Below, piece by piece: positions 10,162-17,193 of a DNA stretch of 32,000 bases. Both the position numbers and the translations under genes were made by a program. The notes beneath the pieces were generated by a model. That model worked only from the letters and a program-made list of their open reading frames with translations, was not told where the DNA came from and did not search any database. The DNA comes from Candidatus Nitrospira inopinata. Its GTDB lineage: Bacteria > Nitrospirota > Nitrospiria > Nitrospirales > Nitrospiraceae. The stretch lies in contig NZ_LN885086.1 of the NCBI RefSeq assembly GCF_001458695.1, positions 1,410,001-1,442,000 of the forward strand, in the 5' to 3' direction. Every line of letters begins with the position of its first letter. Within the stretch, counting starts at the first letter, position 1.

Positions 10162-10845
10162 TTATGGACCGAAGGAGGGAAATTCCAGCGTCAATTGTCC
10201 GGCCGGTTTATCGAAGAGGCCGGATGTCGGCTTCCTATTCGATCCGATGGACGAAGGGCGCGCGACGTCTTCGGTGCGCAATTCCTCGAGCGCGCCGCGG
10301 CACAGGCCGCAGTGATGGCGGCGCGGGTTGATGGTGTTCCGCTGTCGATGGTAGATCTGGCCGCACGTTCGGCAGCGCCACGTGAATCGAGCCAAGGACA
10401 GCACTTCGGGTTGAAGGGAATGATAGGTGGTGACGGCCACCTCGCCCGAGCGGTTCATCTCGGTCATTTTTCGCAAAAAATCCAACCCGTGATTCGGTCG
10501 TCGTTTCAGCACGTCGAATTGCCATTGGTGGATCATTTCGTGGGCGAGGGTGTTGAGCAGTTCCTGTTCCATATATCGCGTGCGGGCCGCCAGCCGTTCA
10601 AACAGGGGGAGGGACAGACGGATTTCCCGACGGCTGGAAGCAGGTCCCGGAAGCCGTGTTCGCGGGCCGCCGCGGCCGGCGAACAGGCCGACCGAGGACG
10701 TGAGGCGTCGGCTCCAGACGATGGAGATCGGCGGCAACAGGCCTGCGAAGTAACGCTGATTCAGACGAGTCCACTCCCGTTGCAGCGCGTCCTGAGAGAA
10801 TGAATCAGATGGGGAAGGCGGCCGAACGTCCATGGGCGCTGGCAA
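10162..10845 (-). CDS. SprT-like zinc metalloprotease with C-terminal zinc ribbon
   Basis: HEMIHQW (HExxH), and C-terminal WRCRTCG...HHCGLCRG (CxxC...CxxC), the typical SprT family architecture. Confidence 0.75.
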   Translation of the reverse strand: MPAPMDVRPPSPSDSFSQDALQREWTRLNQRYFAGLLPPISIVWSRRLTSSVGLFAGRGGPRTRLPGPASSRREIRLSLPLFERLAARTRYMEQELLNTLAHEMIHQWQFDVLKRRPNHGLDFLRKMTEMNRSGEVAVTTYHSLQPEVLSLARFTWRCRTCGQIYHRQRNTINPRRHHCGLCRGALEELRTEDVARPSSIGSNRKPTSGLFDKPAGQLTLEFPSFGP

Positions 10846-10852
10846 CGGCGCG

Positions 10853-11440
10853 CTAGGATGCGCCGAGCAGTTGTTCCTCGACCAGTTCGCAGAGGACGTG
10901 GCCGAGCGTGATGTGGCTTTCTTGAATGCGGGACGTGACCGTGGAGGGAACGATGAAGGGATAATCCACCATGCCGGCCAGCTTGCTGCCCTTTGCGCCG
11001 GTCCAGGCCACCGTGGTCAATCCGCACTCGCGGGCCGCTTCGACGCCTTTCAACACGTTGGGCGAGTTGCCGCTGGTGCTGATCGCGATCGCGACGTCGC
11101 CTTTTCGTCCGTGCGCCCGCACTTGTCTGGCAAAGAGTTCTTCGTAGCCGAAGTCATTGGCGATGCAGGTGATCGCGGCGATGTCGGTCGCCAGGGCAAT
11201 GGCGGGCAACGGCTGGCGGTTCCGCATGTAGCGTCCGACGAATTCGGCCGCGATGTGAGCCGCGTCGGTGGCGCTCCCGCCGTTGCCGAACAGCAGCACC
11301 TTGTTGCCCTGGCGGAAGGCGTCGGCCATCAGGCGGGCGACTTGCGCGATGCGGTCGGCATGGTCGCGGGCGAACTGCTCCTTCACGCGCGCGCTGTCGC
11401 TGAATGCGTTGAGGGCCGAGTCTTTCAACGGGGCGTTCAT
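10853..11440 (-). CDS. gmhA: phosphoheptose isomerase (D-sedoheptulose-7-phosphate isomerase, SIS domain)
   Basis: LLFGNGGSATDAAHIAAEF and AISTSGNSPNV SIS motifs. Starting at ATG 11440 gives 195 aa, the normal GmhA size. The ORF-track TTG start at 11476 lies inside the -35 hexamer of the predicted promoter. Confidence 0.9.
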   Translation of the reverse strand: MNAPLKDSALNAFSDSARVKEQFARDHADRIAQVARLMADAFRQGNKVLLFGNGGSATDAAHIAAEFVGRYMRNRQPLPAIALATDIAAITCIANDFGYEELFARQVRAHGRKGDVAIAISTSGNSPNVLKGVEAARECGLTTVAWTGAKGSKLAGMVDYPFIVPSTVTSRIQESHITLGHVLCELVEEQLLGAS

Positions 11441-11447
11441 GGGCGCG

Positions 11448-11476
11448 ATTCTAGGGGAGGCGGTCCGACGTGTCAA
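11448..11476 (-). promoter_or_regulatory. sigma-70-type promoter TTGACA-N17-TAGAAT for gmhA (leaderless arrangement)
   Basis: Minus strand: TTGACA (11476-11471), exactly 17 nt of spacer, TAGAAT (11453-11448). The gmhA ATG (11440) begins 7 nt after the -10 hexamer, with no SD in between. Confidence 0.5.
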
Positions 11477-11511
11477 ACGTGAAGCCGCAAGACGTGTCCG
11501 TTACGGTCGAA

Positions 11512-11540
11512 TTGAACGGGCGTGGAACCGATGGTATAGT
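11512..11540 (+). promoter_or_regulatory. sigma-70-type promoter TTGAAC-N17-TATAGT for the CARF-family gene (leaderless or near-leaderless)
   Basis: TTGAAC (11512-11517), 17 nt spacer, TATAGT (11535-11540). ATG at 11550, 9 nt after the -10 hexamer. The intervening ccgggcgcc has no SD. Confidence 0.5.
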
Positions 11541-11549
11541 CCGGGCGCC

Positions 11550-12806
11550 ATGGCGCAGGATCAACCGGTCAAAGCTCTTGTGATCGCGCTGGTGAATGAT
11601 CCGGCGGCGGCGGTCTATTCGATCAATCGACTGAAGCCCGACAAGTTGTGTTTTGTCCTGCCGGAAAGCGGAAAGGGCGTGGTGGAGTCGGCGGTGCAGC
11701 CCAAGATCGAGCGGATGCCGCAGCGGTGGGACTGGATCATTCTCGCCGATACGGAGGAGTTTGCCGGTTGCCACCGGACGCTCGCCGCGTCCTTGCCCGA
11801 CCTCTTGCGGACGTGGGAAGTGCAGCCGGGCGAACTGGTCGTCGAGCTCACTGGCGCGACTCCGGCCATGGCCGGGGCCCTGTCGGTCGCCACGCTGCCC
11901 TGGAGCTCCCGGATCGTCTGGCTCGTTCCGGCTCGCGGGGAAGGGGATGATGACGTCATCGATTTGGAAGGACGCCGATGGGCGTGGACGCAAACGAACC
12001 CGTGGGATGAAGCGGCGGCGGTCTCCCGACGGGAAGGGTGTGAGTTGTTTAACAAGGGCGACTTTTCCGCCGCCGCGAAGCTGTTTCATGAGGTGGAGCT
12101 GCGGGTCAGCGGCGGCGGGAAGCCGTTGTATCGCGCCTTGGCCGACGTGGCTGAAGGATACGAGCGGTGGGAACGGTTTCACTACCGACAGGCATGGGAC
12201 AAGCTCAAGGGGGCGCTCAAGGCGTTGGAGATGGCGTCGCTCTGGGGAGGGCCGCCGGGGGTGAAAACGACGGTGTCCGGCATCAAAGCCAACGTGGGTT
12301 TTCTGGAGCGGCTGGTGCTGGACCCGGCGGAGGTCAAGGAGCTGCTGGTGGCCGATTTGTTGGCCCATGCAACCCGACGCCTTCAGGTTTCGCGAGATCC
12401 TGAAGGAGCGATGGTCGCGCTCCTCCGCGCCCTCGAAGCTTCTGCGCAGAGTCGGCTTTTCAAGCAATATCAGATCAAAAGTTGGGACGTGCGGCCGGAA
12501 TCCCTTCCGCCCGCCCTCCAGGAAACCTGTCGAACCTGCTATCTGGACGACATCGACGGCAAATACAAGTTGCCTCTGCCGGCGCAGTTTCGCGCGTTGG
12601 CCGGGTTGGGCGATCAATTGGGCCAATCGTTTCTTCGCGAATGGCCGGCCATGAAGCCGCTGCTCGATGCGGCGTCCCATGCCGTGCTCGGTCACGGTTT
12701 CGAGCCGATCAGAGGCGAGCGCGTCCAACAACTGTACGAAGTGGTCGTCAAGCTAACGGGTGTCACGGAGTCGGCGTTGCCGAAATTTCCGGCCCTGGCC
12801 CTTTAG
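11550..12806 (+). CDS. TIGR02710-like (Cas_Cas02710) CARF-domain protein with a HEPN-like C-terminus; orphan, with no cas genes nearby
   Basis: N-terminal Rossmann-like CARF signature: KALVIALVNDP...KLCFVLPES...VVELTGATPAMAGAL (compare the TGGTK.M loop). Mid/C-terminal blocks match my recollection of the TIGR02710 family: ATRRLQVSRDPEGAMVALLRALEASAQSRL and SHAVLGHGFEPI. The ORF-track 5' extension to 11268 overlaps gmhA and is rejected. Confidence 0.65.
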   Translation: MAQDQPVKALVIALVNDPAAAVYSINRLKPDKLCFVLPESGKGVVESAVQPKIERMPQRWDWIILADTEEFAGCHRTLAASLPDLLRTWEVQPGELVVELTGATPAMAGALSVATLPWSSRIVWLVPARGEGDDDVIDLEGRRWAWTQTNPWDEAAAVSRREGCELFNKGDFSAAAKLFHEVELRVSGGGKPLYRALADVAEGYERWERFHYRQAWDKLKGALKALEMASLWGGPPGVKTTVSGIKANVGFLERLVLDPAEVKELLVADLLAHATRRLQVSRDPEGAMVALLRALEASAQSRLFKQYQIKSWDVRPESLPPALQETCRTCYLDDIDGKYKLPLPAQFRALAGLGDQLGQSFLREWPAMKPLLDAASHAVLGHGFEPIRGERVQQLYEVVVKLTGVTESALPKFPALAL

Positions 12807-12809
12807 GGC

Positions 12810-13196
12810 ATGATGGAGATCCGCGTCTATTACGAAGACACCGATTGCGGCGGAGTCGTCTATTACGCCAATTACCTCAAGTACTTCGAGCGGGCCAGGA
12901 CCGAGTATCTTGAGTCGCGCGGCCGATCGGTGGCCCTGTTGATGGAACAGGGGACGGTTTTCGTCGTCGTGCACGCCGAAGTCCGGTACCATTCGCCCGC
13001 GCGGTACGGTGATCTCTTGGTCGTCGAGACGGAGGTGGCCGAGTCGGGTGCCGCTTCTTTTACGTTCCGGCACGTCGTCAAAGAAAAACTCGGCGGGCGA
13101 CTGATCGTCACGGGATCGACCAGGCTGGCCGCGACGGACAGCGCCGGGAGAGTCAAGCGTCTGGACAAGGACACCGTCGCTGCACTACAGTCCTGA
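12810..13196 (+). CDS. ybgC: YbgC/4-hydroxybenzoyl-CoA thioesterase family acyl-CoA thioesterase (hotdog fold)
   Basis: VYYEDTDCGGVVYYANYLKYFERARTEYL is the canonical 4HBT/YbgC N-terminal catalytic block. 128 aa. ATG lies 3 nt after the CARF gene stop. Confidence 0.85.
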   Translation: MMEIRVYYEDTDCGGVVYYANYLKYFERARTEYLESRGRSVALLMEQGTVFVVVHAEVRYHSPARYGDLLVVETEVAESGAASFTFRHVVKEKLGGRLIVTGSTRLAATDSAGRVKRLDKDTVAALQS

Positions 13197-13450
13197 TACG
13201 TTCTGCTTGCAGGCGGTACTCGTGGAGGGCGAAGACTCCGAGCCGGTCCATGGCTTCTTCCGGCTCTCTCACCAGGAAACGACGCCGCCTGCCGGCGGCG
13301 ACACACCGTTCGAGAGTCGAACCACGACCAGCCAGGTGCCGCGGGCTTCGGCTGCCCTCAGCCTCGGCTCCATTACTGTGTTGCGTGTGAGGTCCATGAA
13401 GAGAAGAGAGGGCGGCGAGAGGATCACCATCAAAAGAAAGGAGTGAAGGT

Positions 13451-14044
13451 ATGAGTCAGCAGATTCCTGGATATACCTATGGCACGGCGGCGGTCGCGAA
13501 GTCGCCCGTGTCACCGGAGGACTTCGAGCTCATGAAGAAGAGCGCGTTGTTCGGAGAAGAGGACGTGAAGTATCTGAAGATGTCCTATGACGTGGTGAAA
13601 GACCAGGTCGAGGCCATTCTGGACGTGTGGTACGGATTCGTCGGCTCCCAGCCTCACCTGCTCAAGGCGTTTCTCGGCAAGAGCGACGGTCAGCCGCTCG
13701 GTGATTACTTGGGCGGCGTCCGCAAGCGGTTCGGTCAGTGGATTCTCGATACCGCGCGCGCCGAGTATGATCAGAGGTGGCTGGATTACCAGCATGAAAT
13801 CGGGCTTCGGCATCATCGGACCAAGAAAAATAAGACCGACAATGCCCCTGCCTCGGCCGATATCGTGCCGTTCCGTGATTTGTTTGCGCTGGTTTTCCCG
13901 GTGACGTTTACGTTGAAACCGTTTCTCGCCAAGAAGGGCCATTCGGCCGAGGATGTGGACAAGATGTACAATGCCTGGCTGAAGTCCTGCCTTCTGCAAG
14001 TGACGCTTTGGAGCTACCCCTACGTCAAGAGCGGAGATTTTTAA
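13451..14044 (+). CDS. protoglobin (single-domain haem globin of the globin-coupled-sensor lineage)
   Basis: Near end-to-end resemblance to my recollection of Methanosarcina acetivorans protoglobin: IPGYTYG, ILD.WYGFVGS.PHLL, VRKRF..WILDT, WLDYQ.EIGLRHHRTKKN.TDN, KPFLA.KGH, LQV.LWSYPYVK.GDF. SD AAAGGAG lies upstream. Confidence 0.9.
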   Translation: MSQQIPGYTYGTAAVAKSPVSPEDFELMKKSALFGEEDVKYLKMSYDVVKDQVEAILDVWYGFVGSQPHLLKAFLGKSDGQPLGDYLGGVRKRFGQWILDTARAEYDQRWLDYQHEIGLRHHRTKKNKTDNAPASADIVPFRDLFALVFPVTFTLKPFLAKKGHSAEDVDKMYNAWLKSCLLQVTLWSYPYVKSGDF

Positions 14045-14053
14045 CCGCTCGCG

Positions 14054-14090
14054 GGCGGCGCGATGGAACCCATGGTCCCATCGCGCCGCC
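14054..14090. terminator. GC-rich 13-bp perfect inverted repeat between convergent genes (bidirectional terminator-like hairpin)
   Basis: GGCGGCGCGATGG (14054-14066), 11-nt loop, CCATCGCGCCGCC (14078-14090). It sits between the protoglobin stop and the stop of the 117-aa gene. No clear U-tract on either side. Confidence 0.5.
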
Positions 14091-14103
14091 GCACGTCAGT
14101 GCA

Positions 14104-14457
14104 TTAGTACGCCTTGCTGTAGCCGGCTTCGCCGTCGTAGTTCCACAGTTTTTGCGCCGCGGACCATTCCCACTTCTTGCCGAGCTGCACCAGAAAATCG
14201 GCTACCTCATGGTCTTTGATGGGTTTGGTGGCCATAAAGCGGCAGCGGTACCAGTTGACCATCAGGAGGTCTGGGCTCACGAAGCCGGGCCAGACCTTGG
14301 TGCCGCGGTTGGAGATGAACTCGCACTTGAAGGGGCCGAATTCGCCGTCGGTGAATTGCGGCACGCCCTTGTCCGTGATGATGTAGAGATCGACCCCCAC
14401 CAGCTCGATTTTTTTCTTCTTCTTCGTCGCGATCGCTTCTTGTGTAAATGTCGGCAT
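14104..14457 (-). CDS. conserved hypothetical 117-aa protein, translationally coupled to isocitrate dehydrogenase
   Basis: ATG 14457 is preceded by AAGGAGG (rc of 14463-14469), which overlaps the icd TAA stop (14468-14470). Globular-looking composition (W/F/Y-rich, CEFISNRGTKVWPGF). N-terminal K5 run. No family recognised. Confidence 0.6.
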   Translation of the reverse strand: MPTFTQEAIATKKKKKIELVGVDLYIITDKGVPQFTDGEFGPFKCEFISNRGTKVWPGFVSPDLLMVNWYRCRFMATKPIKDHEVADFLVQLGKKWEWSAAQKLWNYDGEAGYSKAY

Positions 14458-14467
14458 CGGTTCCTCC

Positions 14468-15484
14468 TTACTTCGTTCCGGCGCGCATCTTGTCGATGAT
14501 CGCCTGCGCATATTCATCGGTCTTCGCGGTGCCCCCCACGTCGTAGGTGACCCGCTTGCCTTCGTCCAACACCTGGTACATGGCCTTCTCGATGCGGTCC
14601 GCCGCCTCCTTCTCGCCGAGCCAGCGGAGCATCATCACGCCGGAGATCAGCACGGCGGACGGGTTCACCTTTTTCATGCCGGCGTACTTCGGCGCCGAGC
14701 CATGGACGGCTTCGAAGATGGCGCAATTGTCGCCGACGTTGGCGCCCGGCGCGAAGCCAAGGCCGCCCATCAGGCCCGCGCAGAGGTCCGTCAAAATGTC
14801 CCCGTAGAGATTCGGCAGCACCAGGCAGTCGAACTGGCCGGGGTTGCGCACCAACTGCATGGAGCAGTTGTCCACGATGATGTCGCCCGTCTCGATATCG
14901 GGATATTTCTTGGCGGCTTCCCGGAAGGCTTCGAGGAACAGTCCGTCCGTCATCTTCATGATGTTGGCCTTGTGGACGCAGTAGACTTTTTTGCGCCCGT
15001 TGTCCCGCGCCCACTTCAACGCGAAGTCCGCGATGCGATAGGACCCCGGCCAGGTGATGACCTTGAGACACTGCGCCACTTCGTCGGAGACCATGTGCTC
15101 GATGGCCGCGTAGGAGTCCTCGGTGTTCTCGCGGAAATTGATGATGTCCAATTTGTCCCACGGCCGTTTCAGCGCGGGGATAAGCCGCACGGGCCGCACG
15201 TTGGCGTACAGATCGAACACCTTCCGCAGCGTGACGTTGGCGCTCTTGTGCCCGGTTCCGATGGGCGTCGTCGTCGGGCCCTTCAGCGCCACTTTGTTTT
15301 TGGCGATGCTCTGAATCGTTTTCTCCGGCAAGAGCGTCCCGTATTTTTCGAGACAATCGAGACCGATGTCTTCATATTCCCACTTGATGTCGACGCCGCT
15401 TGCGTCGATCACCATGCGCACGGCCTCGCAAATCTCCGGTCCCGTGCCCTCTCCCGGAATCATCGTCACTACGTGCTTTGCCAT
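14468..15484 (-). CDS. icd: isocitrate dehydrogenase, NAD-type (IDH3-like member of the isocitrate/isopropylmalate dehydrogenase family)
   Basis: MIPGEGTGPEI, NKVALKGPTTTPIGTGHKSANVTLRKVFDLYANVRP, FRENTEDSYAAIEH, HKANIMKMTDGLFL and LPNLYGDILTDLCAGLMGGLG closely follow the IDH3/NAD-IDH pattern. SD AAGGGAGG lies upstream. Confidence 0.85.
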   Translation of the reverse strand: MAKHVVTMIPGEGTGPEICEAVRMVIDASGVDIKWEYEDIGLDCLEKYGTLLPEKTIQSIAKNKVALKGPTTTPIGTGHKSANVTLRKVFDLYANVRPVRLIPALKRPWDKLDIINFRENTEDSYAAIEHMVSDEVAQCLKVITWPGSYRIADFALKWARDNGRKKVYCVHKANIMKMTDGLFLEAFREAAKKYPDIETGDIIVDNCSMQLVRNPGQFDCLVLPNLYGDILTDLCAGLMGGLGFAPGANVGDNCAIFEAVHGSAPKYAGMKKVNPSAVLISGVMMLRWLGEKEAADRIEKAMYQVLDEGKRVTYDVGGTAKTDEYAQAIIDKMRAGTK

Positions 15485-15777
15485 TCCAAACCTCCCTTAA
15501 GCAGCAAGGGTGATCGGACCATCCGTCCCCTGTTCTAAGCAGGTGAATTCTGCAAGACGGATTCCGAAACCTTGGCTATCGATAGCGTGTGGAGACTGAT
15601 CTAGAAATGCCAGGAATTTCAAAGAAGAGCTAACACGGAAGCTGGTGGCAAGCCATCTCTGTGACGTTCCTCCGTGCGGTCGCGCACATTCCGCACGTGA
15701 GCACGGTGCGTTACCGCACTGTCCTGGCTCGAACGAGACAATTTTTCTCGGGCGTGAACCCTCCGAGGCAGCGGAGG

Positions 15778-17193
15778 CTATTCCGTGAGGGGATGCGACT
15801 TTCTGCGTCGGTTTAAAGTCCAGCGTGTAATGCCTAGATATTTTGCTGCAAGTGTTTTGTTGCCCCCGGCGCGTTGAATCGCTTCCCAGATGATTCGATT
15901 TTCGAGATCGGCCAGTGATTGTTCGCCGAGCCGGAACGCAAGATGAATCTGCATGGGGTCGGAGGGCTGGGGGGAGGCAACCGGTAGGGGAGAACGTTGC
16001 ACGGTCGTCGGTCTCGAACCGACGTGGATATCCGACGGGAAATGCGCGGCGTCGAGCGTGTCTTTGGAACAGAACAAGACCGCTCGTTCGATCAGGTTTC
16101 TCAACTCCCGAATGTTCCCCGGAAAATCGTATTGCGCCAACATCGCCTTGACGGTGTCCGCCAACCGGCGGGCCGGTTGCTTCAAGGCCACGGCGAATTG
16201 TTCCATAAACCGTTCAGCGAGCGGAACGATGTCTTCTCGCCGTTCTCGGAGAGGTGGGACTGTCAAGGTCACGACATTCAAGCGAAAATAGAGATCTTCA
16301 CGGAACTCCCCGCGCGCAACGGCGTCTTTCAGATTGTGGTTGGTGGCCGCCATGAATCGCACGTCCACGGGGATGGTGGTCGAGCCCCCCACTCGCCGCA
16401 GGGTACGCTCTTCGAGCACGCGCAGCAGTTTGGCCTGAAGCGGCAGGGGAAGATCGGCGACTTCGTCGAACAAGACGGTGCCGCCCTCCGCCATTTCGAT
16501 CAGACCGGTCTTGCGGGTGGCCGCCCCCGTGAACGATCCCTTTTCATGACCGAACAATTCGCTCTCAAAGAGCTCGCGCGGGATCGAGGGACAATCAACC
16601 TCGATGCAGGGTTTATGGGCTCGGCCCCCGTTGTAATGGATGACCCGCGCCATGTACTGCTTGCCCGTGCCCGTCTCGCCTTGCAGCAGCACGGTCACGC
16701 GGTCGTTCTTCACCAGTTCGCGGACTTGGCCGAGAAAGGCTCGGGTGACGGGGCTCTCGGCGATGACCCGGTCGAGCGCGTAGCGCTCCGTGTCCTGCCC
16801 GCTGTGCAAATGGACCTGGCGTTGGAGCGCGAGCAACTCCGTGGCTCGATGGAGCGCGTGCAACAGGTCCTCCATGTCGATGGACTTGGCGACGAAGTCG
16901 AACGCTCCGAGTTTGGTCGCTTCCACCGCGTCTTTCACCGTGCCTCTCGCCGTCAGGAGAATGACCAAGAGGTGAGGAAACTGCCGTTTGACCCGCGCCA
17001 ACACGTCGAGCCCGGATAGATTGGGCATGACCAGGTCGAGCACGAGAATGTCGGGCTCGAACGTCCGGAGCAGCGACAGAGCCTCTTCTCCGGAATCGGC
17101 GGTCTGCACCATATAGCCGTGATCGCTGAGGCGAAGGGCGAAGGCTTCGCGAACCGAGGCTTCATCTTCGACGAGGAGAATCTGCCAAGCCAT
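15778..17193 (-). CDS. sigma-54-dependent response regulator (NtrC family: REC + AAA+ + Fis-type HTH)
   Basis: REC domain (ILLVEDE...DLVMP), Walker [12 protein letters not shown], sigma-54 contact loop [15 protein letters not shown] (GAFTGA variant), C-terminal [20 protein letters not shown]. Confidence 0.9.
   Translation of the reverse strand: MAWQILLVEDEASVREAFALRLSDHGYMVQTADSGEEALSLLRTFEPDILVLDLVMPNLSGLDVLARVKRQFPHLLVILLTARGTVKDAVEATKLGAFDFVAKSIDMEDLLHALHRATELLALQRQVHLHSGQDTERYALDRVIAESPVTRAFLGQVRELVKNDRVTVLLQGETGTGKQYMARVIHYNGGRAHKPCIEVDCPSIPRELFESELFGHEKGSFTGAATRKTGLIEMAEGGTVLFDEVADLPLPLQAKLLRVLEERTLRRVGGSTTIPVDVRFMAATNHNLKDAVARGEFREDLYFRLNVVTLTVPPLRERREDIVPLAERFMEQFAVALKQPARRLADTVKAMLAQYDFPGNIRELRNLIERAVLFCSKDTLDAAHFPSDIHVGSRPTTVQRSPLPVASPQPSDPMQIHLAFRLGEQSLADLENRIIWEAIQRAGGNKTLAAKYLGITRWTLNRRRKSHPLTE

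Noticed and set aside
11268-11549. 5' extension of the CARF ORF
   Set aside because: It overlaps gmhA on the other strand. It would run through both predicted promoters, and the family-like sequence starts at the ATG at 11550.
11451-12731. 426-aa minus-strand ORF opposite the CARF gene
   Set aside because: The plus-strand frame gives family-like motifs, a promoter and tight coupling to ybgC. The minus-strand product is R/P/G-rich and low complexity.
13360-13385. Sigma-54-like GGCTCC...TTGC upstream of the protoglobin gene
   Set aside because: The GG-to-GC spacing is 17 nt instead of 12, which does not fit the -24/-12 geometry.
15595-15612. Sigma-54 promoter for icd (TGGCAT on the minus strand)
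   Set aside because: The sequence reads TGGCAT-TTCTA-GATC, with no GC at the -12 position.
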